In this document: positions 18,564 to 26,671 of the stretch, piece after piece | Numbering within the stretch: the first letter of the stretch is position 1 | How the letters are laid out: each line of letters opens with the position of its first letter | From: Acidobacteriota bacterium | Lineage (GTDB): Bacteria > Acidobacteriota > Vicinamibacteria > Vicinamibacterales > CAVVIG01 | NCBI GenBank assembly: GCA_039931615.1 | Contig: JBDTRR010000001.1 | Location: 202,593-266,592, forward strand | DNA length: 64,000 bases | Direction of reading: 5' to 3' | The notes under the pieces: generated by a model | The model's input: only the letters and a program-made list of their open reading frames with translations | Databases searched by the model: none | What the model was told of the DNA's origin: nothing | Translations under genes and position numbers: made by a program

Positions 18564-19454
18564 ATGCCGCGAATCGACCCCACGATTGATTTTGATCCCA
18601 ATTCGCCGCCCTTCGATCAATTCAAGGGCATTCAACTGCTGGCCCACGACCGCCGCGGTCACGTCTCGTTTGAAACCGCCCGCCACCACCTCTACGTCGG
18701 GCGCCATAAACAGACCCAGGAGGACGTGCTCATCAAGATCACCTCCAGGCCCGGGCTCACCTACCAGGACAATCTGAAGAATGAGATCGCGACCCTGCTG
18801 ACCATCAATGGCTCGATGCCCGACTCGCCCTATTTTCCGCTCATCCGGGAACACGGCAAGGTGCGCGACGGCAGGATCTATATCATCTCGTCTTTCTTCG
18901 CTGAATTTCCGCTGGCGACAGCGATCGGTCCGGAACGGATCCCCGGCCGCACCGTCGCCTACCTGCGCACGGCGTTGGAAATCGCGCACGCGCTGGAAGA
19001 ATTGCACGGCCTGCAGATCTACCATGTCGACTTGAATCCGATGAATGTCCTGCTCCGGCTGGCACGGGACCGGCCGATCATCCGGATTATCGATTTCGAA
19101 TCTTCCTATGAGTCGGCCCGGCATTCAGCCGACGTCTTTTACAACCCGCCCAACACCCCCGGCTACTCCGCGCCGGAGATATTCCATCAGGCCCCCGATG
19201 CCCGTTCGGATGTGTTTTCACTGGGCGCGGTGCTGTATACGATGCTGGCCGGCTACAAATGGACCTGGGGCGCCGACGTGGCCGGGCGCGTCACGGACGA
19301 TGCCGAGATTGATTCGGACCTCAAGGACATCCTGCTCAAAGCGACCGATTCGAATCCCGACCATCGCTACCGGTCGATGGCCGGGTTCCACGGTGATCTC
19401 GCGGATCATCTGGAACGCATTTGGCCGGGAAGAAGCGTCGGCGGGTCCTGGTAA
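18564..19454 (+). CDS. stand-alone atypical protein kinase-like protein (296 aa)
   Basis: Kinase core residues are present: VLIKIT (Lys), LKNEIATL (Glu), YHVDLNPMNVLL (HxD...N, non-RD), IIDFESS (DFG-like DFE), YSAPE (APE) and DVFSLGAVLYTMLAG. No glycine-rich loop and no extra domains. Confidence 0.75.
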   Translation: MPRIDPTIDFDPNSPPFDQFKGIQLLAHDRRGHVSFETARHHLYVGRHKQTQEDVLIKITSRPGLTYQDNLKNEIATLLTINGSMPDSPYFPLIREHGKVRDGRIYIISSFFAEFPLATAIGPERIPGRTVAYLRTALEIAHALEELHGLQIYHVDLNPMNVLLRLARDRPIIRIIDFESSYESARHSADVFYNPPNTPGYSAPEIFHQAPDARSDVFSLGAVLYTMLAGYKWTWGADVAGRVTDDAEIDSDLKDILLKATDSNPDHRYRSMAGFHGDLADHLERIWPGRSVGGSW

Positions 19455-19698
19455 CGCGACCGATCCCTTCAGCCAGAAACTGCTCGCGCAGTATGACTCG
19501 CTCTACCCGGGGCACGCGAAGTTCACGGGCGGCAGCGCGTGTTCCGGACTTTCCGGCACTCTTGCCGGAAGATCGTCACTGCTGCGCCCCCGCTGCGGGC
19601 TGACCGGCGCGTCGCTGTAACGCGGCGGCGGTTGAGAAGCGGTATTCTTTCCCGGTAATCTTGCCAACCGACATTGATTATCGCGGGGTCAGCCACTC

Positions 19699-21666
19699 AT
19701 GCAATCTTTCGGAACCGCATTGTTCTGTCTTCTCACGGCGTCCGTTGCGAATGTGCTGTTCGCGCAGTCTCAGGGCTCAGTGGCGCAGCCGGGCGCCGTC
19801 GATCTCGAGCTGCCGACGACGCAAGCGATCGGCGTCGAGTGGCGCATTCAGGGCGACGACAACCGCAATGCGTCCGTCGCTGTGGCGTGGCGCCGGACCG
19901 GCGACACGGCGTGGCGTGACGGTCTGCCGCTGCTTCGGTTGCAGGCCGAAGCAGTGCAGCAGGGCGCATCCTTTCATTACGTGGCGCCGAACATGTTCGC
20001 GGGCAGCGTGTTCGACCTCGAACCCAACACGTCGTATGACGTTCGGCTGCGGCTGACGGACCCGGACGCGCCGGCGGGCACTTCGCCCGTCGAGCGAACG
20101 GTCGCGGCCCGCACGAGACCGGTCCCGAAACCCGCGACGGGCGGTGCGGTTTATCACGTGTATCCGCGCGATTACACCGGCCCGAAGCTGGAGCCGAGCT
20201 TCAACTCCCTGATGGCGGCGTACAACACCGGCGCGAACGGCGCCGATTTCGTCAATTCGTTTCAGCCGCGTGTGAAGCCGGGCGATGTCATCCTGGTTCA
20301 CGCCGGGACGTATCGAGAGGATCGGCGGCGCTACGCGGGGCCGAACTCGACTCTGTTCGACGGCACGTTTTATCTCACCGCCGACGGCGCGGCGGACAAA
20401 CCCATCGTCATCAAGAGCGCGGGGGACGGCGACGTCATCTTCGATGGCGGCGGCAACGCAGTGTTGTTCGATCTGACCGCGGCCGACTACCACTACGTCG
20501 AAGGGATTACGGTCCGCAACACGGATGTCGCCTTTCTACTCGGGCACAAACGCATCCTCGGCGCCGTTGGATTCACACTGAAGAATTCCCGGATCGAGAA
20601 CGTCGGACGCGGCGTCTTCACCGATTGGGGCGGAGCGCGTGACTTCTACATCGCCGATAACGTTTTCATCGGCCGCAACGATCCGACGCGGCTGATGGGA
20701 TGGATCGGACGCACCTGGCAAGACCTGCCGGGTTTTCCTCAACCGCTGCTCTCCGAGTACGGCGTGAAGGTTTACGGCTCGGGCCACGTGATCGCCCACA
20801 ACCGCGTCGAGAACTTTCACGATGGAATCGACCACGCGACGTACGGCGATCCCGACGGCTGGCCGGAGAACCCGATCATGCCGGTTTCGACGGACATCAT
20901 CGGAAACGATATCCGCAACGTCGATGACAACTGCATCGAAGCCGACGGGAGCGCGCAGAATTTCCGCATCATCGAGAATCGATGCTTCAATATGGCGCAT
21001 CGCGCGCTCTCCACGCAGCCCGCGCTGGGCGGGCCGATCTACTTCATCCGAAACATCGTCTACAACGCTCCCGAAGGCGGCGCCCTCAAAATCACGGCAA
21101 ATTCGGCCGGCGTACTCGTCTATAACAACACGTTCCTTTCGGAAGTTCATCAGATGGGACCGGCGTCGAATCTCCACTTCCGGAACAATCTTGTTCTGGC
21201 GCAAGGCGCGTGGCCCGAGGTCTTCTCGATCGAGACGTTCACGCCGTGGTCGACTTCTGATTACAACGGATTTAGTTTGTCCGCTGCCGCCGGTTCTTCG
21301 CTGTTCGCCTGGGCGGCGCCGGCTGACGCTGCGGTCACGTACGAGGCCCGGGCAGCGCGTCCGGTTCAGTCGTTCGCCGACTTGAAGATCTACTCGGATC
21401 GCACTGGCCAGGATCGGCAGAGCCGAATGATCGACTGGTCGATATTCCGCAAAGCCAGTCCGCCGGCGAAGGGCGATCCCACGCGGCTGTATCGACCGGA
21501 AGACCAGGACTTCACGCTGGCTGCCGGATCCGGGGCAATCGATGCGGGTACGGTTCTGCCCGGCGTCACAGATGGCTTTACGGGCACGGCGCCGGACCTG
21601 GGCGCGCTGGAATCGGGGCGGGTCGTTCCGGCTTATGGCCCGCGGCCGCTTTCGGATCAACCGTAA
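19699..21666 (+). CDS. secreted right-handed parallel beta-helix repeat protein (pectate-lyase-fold, possible glycan-active enzyme)
   Basis: Signal peptide, then an N-terminal FN3-like segment. Multiple repeat turns follow (ITVRNT, LKNSRIENV, IADNVFIG, IAHNRVENFHDGID, IIGNDIRNVDDNCIE, IIENRCFN, IRNIVYNA, VYNNTF, FRNNLV). Confidence 0.75.
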   Translation: MQSFGTALFCLLTASVANVLFAQSQGSVAQPGAVDLELPTTQAIGVEWRIQGDDNRNASVAVAWRRTGDTAWRDGLPLLRLQAEAVQQGASFHYVAPNMFAGSVFDLEPNTSYDVRLRLTDPDAPAGTSPVERTVAARTRPVPKPATGGAVYHVYPRDYTGPKLEPSFNSLMAAYNTGANGADFVNSFQPRVKPGDVILVHAGTYREDRRRYAGPNSTLFDGTFYLTADGAADKPIVIKSAGDGDVIFDGGGNAVLFDLTAADYHYVEGITVRNTDVAFLLGHKRILGAVGFTLKNSRIENVGRGVFTDWGGARDFYIADNVFIGRNDPTRLMGWIGRTWQDLPGFPQPLLSEYGVKVYGSGHVIAHNRVENFHDGIDHATYGDPDGWPENPIMPVSTDIIGNDIRNVDDNCIEADGSAQNFRIIENRCFNMAHRALSTQPALGGPIYFIRNIVYNAPEGGALKITANSAGVLVYNNTFLSEVHQMGPASNLHFRNNLVLAQGAWPEVFSIETFTPWSTSDYNGFSLSAAAGSSLFAWAAPADAAVTYEARAARPVQSFADLKIYSDRTGQDRQSRMIDWSIFRKASPPAKGDPTRLYRPEDQDFTLAAGSGAIDAGTVLPGVTDGFTGTAPDLGALESGRVVPAYGPRPLSDQP

Positions 21667-21899
21667 CGTCCTGTCACTTCCGGCCGATGAACGACCGGAG
21701 CATCGGGACCATATGAAATGGTTGCTGGGCATCGCGCGGCAGTTGATCCCTGGCGTGAATCGATGGAGGGACCGCTTCGGCATCGGCGATTTCCGAGACG
21801 TGCCCCAGGCCAGCGGACCCCAGGTGCGCAAGCAGGGGATCGACGAACCGCAGACGCGCATCGCGCCGCGCCGCGGTCGTATTCCCTCGAACACGTACC

Positions 21900-22215
21900 G
21901 AGGCGTCGACAAACGAGATGGCTGACGAGCGCTCCGGCCATGACGCCGATCGCGACCAGGGCGCCCATTGACGCGGTCGCGGACACCATCAAGAAACGGA
22001 CGCGATCAGCTCGACCACGCCCGAGCCGATCCGTCCCCAGTGCTCGACTCCGGCAACGCCCAGAAGCTGACCCAGTGTGCCGAAGATGTGGACCGATTCT
22101 TCGGCGCCCGTAAACTTGAAGAACAGGGTTGCAGCAGGATCGCGGCCACCAGAAACCGCACGATCCAGCTGACGACGGCTTCGGCCTTCGAGAGCTTGTT
22201 CAGGCCGGTTGGATG
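21900..22215 (-). pseudogene. DoxX-family membrane protein remnant, at least 2 frameshifts
   Basis: Reverse-strand pieces lie in different frames. These are ...VRFLVAAILLQ / TLFFKFTGAEESVHIFGTLGQLLGVAGVEHWGRIGSGVVELIASV / MVSATASMGALVAIGVMAGALVSHL, and together they resemble a DoxX protein. Confidence 0.45.
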
Positions 22216-22350
22216 ACGCTGGCGGCGGCGTTACACCGCGCGACGACTGTAACGCGCAGTCCGTTCAGGCATCCAAAGGGGGGGCCGACCTGGGGGGCCG
22301 ATGGACCCACCTCGACGATTTGGGCCGAAGATCAGATTGGCCGGGGCCGT

Positions 22351-24540
22351 TCAGCTCTCACCTACGCTCACGGGCCAGGGCTGCTGTGTGTTGGATCCCT
22401 GCGGCAGCACAGCGTACGCCGCCGTCGTCTCTCCTGCCGCCTCCGAATCCCAGATTAGCGTCGAGGAGGAGAAGCGGATGAATCCATCCTCCTTCAACTG
22501 CATCAGCCCGAACAGACAGACCTTCTCAGGCGGAATGCCGTCCACGTCCATTCCGAGCGCCGCGCACTCGCGGACGACTTCGCCGACGGTCCGGTGGCCA
22601 TCGCACAAGCGCAGCAATGCCGCCGACAGCGCCGGCAGCTGCCACACGTTGAGCGTCGCCTCGTTGCGGCTGAACACGATCGTCGTGTTTCGCGAGCCGA
22701 TGGCGTCGAGGTCGGTCCTGTTTCGCAGGCACTCTATGAGTTCCTTGTAGTCCACTTCGACGTCGACGACACAGAGCCCGTCGGCGCAGTAGGCAACGGT
22801 GGAATCCGTCAGGCGATCCGTTGCTTCGGCGGAGGCCGGCTGGGGCTGATGAATCGTGGCCTGCTCGGCCCGCGCCACTGCGCGTACCGCCGCGTTCGCC
22901 CTGGCCATTTCCGGCAGGTAGCAGGCGTGCACGAATTCGAGAAGGTCGGTGTGGAACCTTCGGTGCGAATGGTAGGGAGTCCAACCGATCTGCTCGTCTG
23001 TGTCGACAGGAGATCGTTCCGCCCGCCAGCGGCGCCACCGTTCGAAGACCAGCAGCAGATCGCCGCTGTCCTGCAGGAGCACCACCGGGAGCCAGCGGAA
23101 CCAGGTCGCCAGGTAGGTGACGAAGTCGACCACGTCCTTCACCTCGCGCCGATCGAGGTGGGCCATCGGAATCGCGTAGAAGTTGGGGAACACGGCAGGA
23201 TGCGCCTTGATCAGGGCGGCCTCAACCGGATCCTGCTGCCAGCTCTGATGCGACATGTCCGAGAAGAGATCGTCAAAAATCAAGTGATCCCGGTGCTGCT
23301 CGTAGATCGGTGTCGCGGCCAGCGGAGCCAGCAGCGAACACTGCGGCTCGACGTGGTCGTAGCGCAGCGAATCGACGAAGAAATGAATCGTGTCCCGAAG
23401 GTCGTCGCGCGTTTCTTCAGGGAAGCCGACGATCAATGCGACCGTGGTGTTGATGCCGTGGCGATCGGCGCAGGCAATCCGCTCCTTGGCCTCTGCCAGA
23501 TCGAGCTGCTTGTTGATGACCTGCTGCAACCGCTGCGATCCGGTCTCGATCCCGAAGAAAATGCCGGTACACCCAGCCCTGGCCATGAGCGCCAGCAGTT
23601 CGTCGTCGATGCAGTCGGTCCGGGCACTGCAGCCCCAGGTCAGGCCTTCCCCACTGGCCAGCATTGCCTCGCAAAAGGCCATCACTTCCTTGCGATCGAT
23701 GGTGTACATGTCGTGGACGAGGCTGAAGTAACGAAGGCCGTACTCCTTGTGGATGGCACTCATATCGGCAACCATCCTGGCCGGCGACTTGAGACGGAAG
23801 TTCCTCCGGAAGAAATCGTTGGTCGAACAGAACGTGCAGGCGAACGGGCAGCCTCTGCCAATCTCGAGGTGGACGCCGCCGCGCTGTCGCAGCCGCGAAT
23901 CGAGATCGAACGCCGGCAGCGGCAGCCGATCCAGGTTTTCAACAACCGGGGCGTTCGGGTTGCGAACGATCTCGTCGCCGCGCCTGAACGTAATGCCGCC
24001 GAGCCGCTGCCATGCCGCGTCGGGATGGGCCAGGTGATGCAGGAGTGTGGGGAACGTGTCGTCGGCTTCGCCCCGGACGATGATGTCCACGGACGGGAAG
24101 GCGCGCAGCGTCGCCACGTCCGCCACGGAGGCCTGCGGCCCACCGCCGACGATCGTGCACAGTGGGTTCGATCGCTTGATCGCATTGGCGAGGCGGAGCG
24201 TGAGCGGGTAGGAGCTGCAAATCGAGCTCAAGCCGAACACGTCGAAATCTCCGGGCCGGAGCTGCGCCGCCACGAACGCAAAGAAGGATTTCGACCGGGT
24301 CGTTTTCTCGCCGAGATGCTGTGGACCGCCATCGGCCGGCGTGGCGCGCCGACGATCGCTCCGTCCGATGAATTCGAAGAACAGGTCGTCCAGGTTGACG
24401 ACGACGGGAGCATGGCCACGATCGCGCAGCAGGGCCGCGAGTGTCAGGACGCCCAGTTGTGCACCGGTGTTCACGTGCGCGTCGACGATCAGATCCGGAT
24501 CGATGAAGTCGGCGACGGTCAGCGCGGTGACGAGGCACAC
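22351..24540 (-). CDS. B12-binding (class B) radical SAM enzyme with a C-terminal PqqD-like RiPP recognition element
   Basis: N-terminal Rossmann B12-binding domain (...CTIVGGGPQAS...IIVRGEADDTF). Radical SAM core has EIGRGCPFACTFCS (CxxxCxxC) and GIFFGIETGSQRL. The C-terminal about 72 aa (TTIVFSRNEATLNVWQLPALSAALLRLCDGHRTVGEVVRECAALGMDVDGIPPEKVCLFGLMQLKEDGFIRF) match the PqqD pattern (3 strands plus wHTH). The start is uncertain: GTG 24540 or TTG 24597. The 842-aa ORF-track version has an R/S-rich N-terminal extension that overlaps the peptide gene. Confidence 0.85.
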   Translation of the reverse strand: MCLVTALTVADFIDPDLIVDAHVNTGAQLGVLTLAALLRDRGHAPVVVNLDDLFFEFIGRSDRRRATPADGGPQHLGEKTTRSKSFFAFVAAQLRPGDFDVFGLSSICSSYPLTLRLANAIKRSNPLCTIVGGGPQASVADVATLRAFPSVDIIVRGEADDTFPTLLHHLAHPDAAWQRLGGITFRRGDEIVRNPNAPVVENLDRLPLPAFDLDSRLRQRGGVHLEIGRGCPFACTFCSTNDFFRRNFRLKSPARMVADMSAIHKEYGLRYFSLVHDMYTIDRKEVMAFCEAMLASGEGLTWGCSARTDCIDDELLALMARAGCTGIFFGIETGSQRLQQVINKQLDLAEAKERIACADRHGINTTVALIVGFPEETRDDLRDTIHFFVDSLRYDHVEPQCSLLAPLAATPIYEQHRDHLIFDDLFSDMSHQSWQQDPVEAALIKAHPAVFPNFYAIPMAHLDRREVKDVVDFVTYLATWFRWLPVVLLQDSGDLLLVFERWRRWRAERSPVDTDEQIGWTPYHSHRRFHTDLLEFVHACYLPEMARANAAVRAVARAEQATIHQPQPASAEATDRLTDSTVAYCADGLCVVDVEVDYKELIECLRNRTDLDAIGSRNTTIVFSRNEATLNVWQLPALSAALLRLCDGHRTVGEVVRECAALGMDVDGIPPEKVCLFGLMQLKEDGFIRFSSSTLIWDSEAAGETTAAYAVLPQGSNTQQPWPVSVGES

Positions 24541-24601
24541 GGAGGGCAGGGGGCCGGGGCCGCACGGCGGGACAGCGTGCGCGTCGTGAAGACGCAATCG
24601 A

Positions 24602-24784
24602 TCAGACAACTTCGTTTTTGGACTTGGCCCGGACGTCGACGACCATGAGCTTCGACTTGGCGATCGCCGCGCTGTTCGCACCGAGGGTCTCGACGAGCTG
24701 CTTCTGAAAGGCCTTCTGAAGAGCGTCCTTCTGCTTCTTGGTGAGACTGAGTTCCGTCGGAATCTGAATCTCGATGTTCGCCAC
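24602..24784 (-). CDS. 60-aa Lys-rich peptide, candidate RiPP precursor
   Basis: GGAGG lies 4 nt upstream of GTG 24784. Strong GC3 bias runs through (V)ANIEIQIPTELSLTKKQKDALQKAFQKQLVETLGANSAAIAKSKLMVVDVRAKSKNEVV. The stop is 5-62 nt upstream of the radical SAM start. No known leader family recognised. Confidence 0.5.
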   Translation of the reverse strand: MANIEIQIPTELSLTKKQKDALQKAFQKQLVETLGANSAAIAKSKLMVVDVRAKSKNEVV

Positions 24785-24879
24785 GATGCCTCCAGGAATT
24801 GAGCCGCACCCTGACGCCGGAGACCGGCGCATGAATTCCGGGCGCACGCTAACACGCCTGATCCCAGGCCCGCAAGCAC

Positions 24880-25758
24880 CTATTTCTTCTGTTGCGCCTC
24901 CGCTTGGCGGACGCTCTCTGCGAATGACTTTTCCGCGTTCGCCACCATCGCCTTGAACGCCTCGGCGTCCAGGCATGTGACGCAGAGCGGATTGACGGGG
25001 AGCGCGGGGTTCAACGGACGGCCGAGGTTCTGCCGGTGATTGTGAAGGAAGAGGTCCGGAGGCTGGAGCGCCTTCATCCTTTGCAAGGTCATCCTGGTAT
25101 CCTCGATCACCTTGGGGTGCCTGGGATTGCCGATGAGTTGAAGTCCCGCGTTGGGAGTTTCACCGCCGCGGAATGCGACCGAATAGTTCTTGCCGCCTTC
25201 CGAGACGGTGGTCATCCACACGGTGGCCCCCTGCGTATGCCCCGGCACCCAGAGGGCGCGCAAGGTCACGCCGCCCAGAGAAATCGTCTCTCCGTCCTTG
25301 ATGACGCGATCGACGTGGACCGCCACCATGCCGCGGAAGCCCCCAGCGGAGTTGTCCTGACCGGCTTCAAGCGCTGCCGCATCGCCGCCGAGGGCGATGA
25401 CCTGCGCTCCGGTCAATTTCTTCATCGCCGCGTGTCCCTGGACGTGATCAAAATGCGCATGGCTCGAGATGATCATTTTGATGTCCTTGACGTCGAACCC
25501 CAGCTTCTTGACGTTCGACACGATCACGTCGTGCATCTCGCTGGTGCCCGTGTCGTGGAGGATGTGGCCCTGCGGAGTCGTGATCAGATAAGAGCCATAC
25601 TCGCCGCCGACCCAATAGATGTTGCCGATGATGCGGAAGCCTTCGGGCGGGCGCGCCTGATTCTGCGCCTGAATGGGTTCGACGCGTCCCGCGGCGCCGA
25701 GCGGTGCGATAATCCCGATTGCCGCACCGAGCAGCATCAACGTACTAATCTGACGCAT
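24880..25758 (-). CDS. subclass B3 metallo-beta-lactamase fold hydrolase, secreted
   Basis: Signal peptide. B3-type zinc motif SSHAHFDH (HxHxDH), later VPGHTQG histidine and LHNH, and overall length and layout like L1/GOB-type enzymes. Confidence 0.8.
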   Translation of the reverse strand: MRQISTLMLLGAAIGIIAPLGAAGRVEPIQAQNQARPPEGFRIIGNIYWVGGEYGSYLITTPQGHILHDTGTSEMHDVIVSNVKKLGFDVKDIKMIISSHAHFDHVQGHAAMKKLTGAQVIALGGDAAALEAGQDNSAGGFRGMVAVHVDRVIKDGETISLGGVTLRALWVPGHTQGATVWMTTVSEGGKNYSVAFRGGETPNAGLQLIGNPRHPKVIEDTRMTLQRMKALQPPDLFLHNHRQNLGRPLNPALPVNPLCVTCLDAEAFKAMVANAEKSFAESVRQAEAQQKK

Positions 25759-25846
25759 AAGACCTCCGTCAACCTGTCATGGCCGGGCTCTGAAGCTCTG
25801 CCATCTTCCGGGAACTGAACCGGCCGAGTAAAGATGACCCTCGCCG

Positions 25847-26671
25847 CTACCGCGCGCCGACGCCCCTGCTCTCCGCACGTACGGTGACGACCACGCGGCG
25901 CGTGAGGTAGTCGTCGATCCCGGTGGCTGTCGCGGGCTCGTCGTGCCAGGTCACCTTGTACGACGGCGCGTTCAGCTTCGCTCCCTGCAGCAGCACGGCA
26001 ACCTGTTCCGCGCGCCGTTTCCCGATCGTGGGATCCTCGGCCATCGTCTGTCCGTTCGAGAGACGCACGGCGCCCCGGTGGCCGACGATCTCGATCTCCC
26101 GGGCGTTCGCCGCGCGCGCGAAATCAAGGATGTCGGACAGCAGGCGCGCATGGCTGAAGCCCACCGTGCCGTCGAAGTCGTAGGGCACGGTGAACTCTCT
26201 GCTCGAGGCGGCCGCGGACGGCGGCGGCGGGACCGGCCGGGCGTTGTCGAAGGCCAGGCGTCCCTTGCTCGGCCCGGGGGGCCGCGGTGGTTCGAACGTC
26301 AGGTTGTAGCGCTCTTCAGCAGGCAGCATGGTGTTGCACGACGCGTCGCGCTCGGGGAGCACCGAGAGATGCACCGGCTTGAGCACGATGCCGCCGCAGA
26401 TGCGGGGCTCAGCCGAGACGGTCCCTTCCACCAGCACGCGGTGACCGAGCCACGGCGGGGTGACCGGTGCGCTCACGTCGGTCTGCAGCGTGAGGAAATA
26501 CAGCTCGCCCTCGTACTCGGCGAGCCAGCAGGGCACCGAGGCCGTATCCCGAACAATCGGGCAGCTCACGAAGTTCCGGCGGGGCTCCTCGGCGCGGATG
26601 CCGACCGCGCCGGCGACGAGCCCACCAGCCAGCAGCCAGGCGCCGCCTCGACTCATCCGGTGCGCGTGCAT
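25847..26671 (-). CDS. exported protein with a C-terminal OmpA-like domain
   Basis: Signal-like N-terminus. The C-terminus (EFTVPYDFDG...REIEIVGHRG...IGKRRAEQVAVLLQGAKL...TRRVVVTV) follows the OmpA_C pattern. The start overlaps the stop of the upstream peroxidase gene (TGATG). Confidence 0.5.
   Translation of the reverse strand: MHAHRMSRGGAWLLAGGLVAGAVGIRAEEPRRNFVSCPIVRDTASVPCWLAEYEGELYFLTLQTDVSAPVTPPWLGHRVLVEGTVSAEPRICGGIVLKPVHLSVLPERDASCNTMLPAEERYNLTFEPPRPPGPSKGRLAFDNARPVPPPPSAAASSREFTVPYDFDGTVGFSHARLLSDILDFARAANAREIEIVGHRGAVRLSNGQTMAEDPTIGKRRAEQVAVLLQGAKLNAPSYKVTWHDEPATATGIDDYLTRRVVVTVRAESRGVGAR

Noticed and set aside
24541-24879. An N-terminal ~110-aa extension of the radical SAM ORF (the 842-aa version).
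   Set aside because: The extension is R/S-rich low-complexity sequence. It overlaps the better-supported peptide gene in another frame and precedes the natural beginning of the B12-binding domain (VCLVTALTV...).
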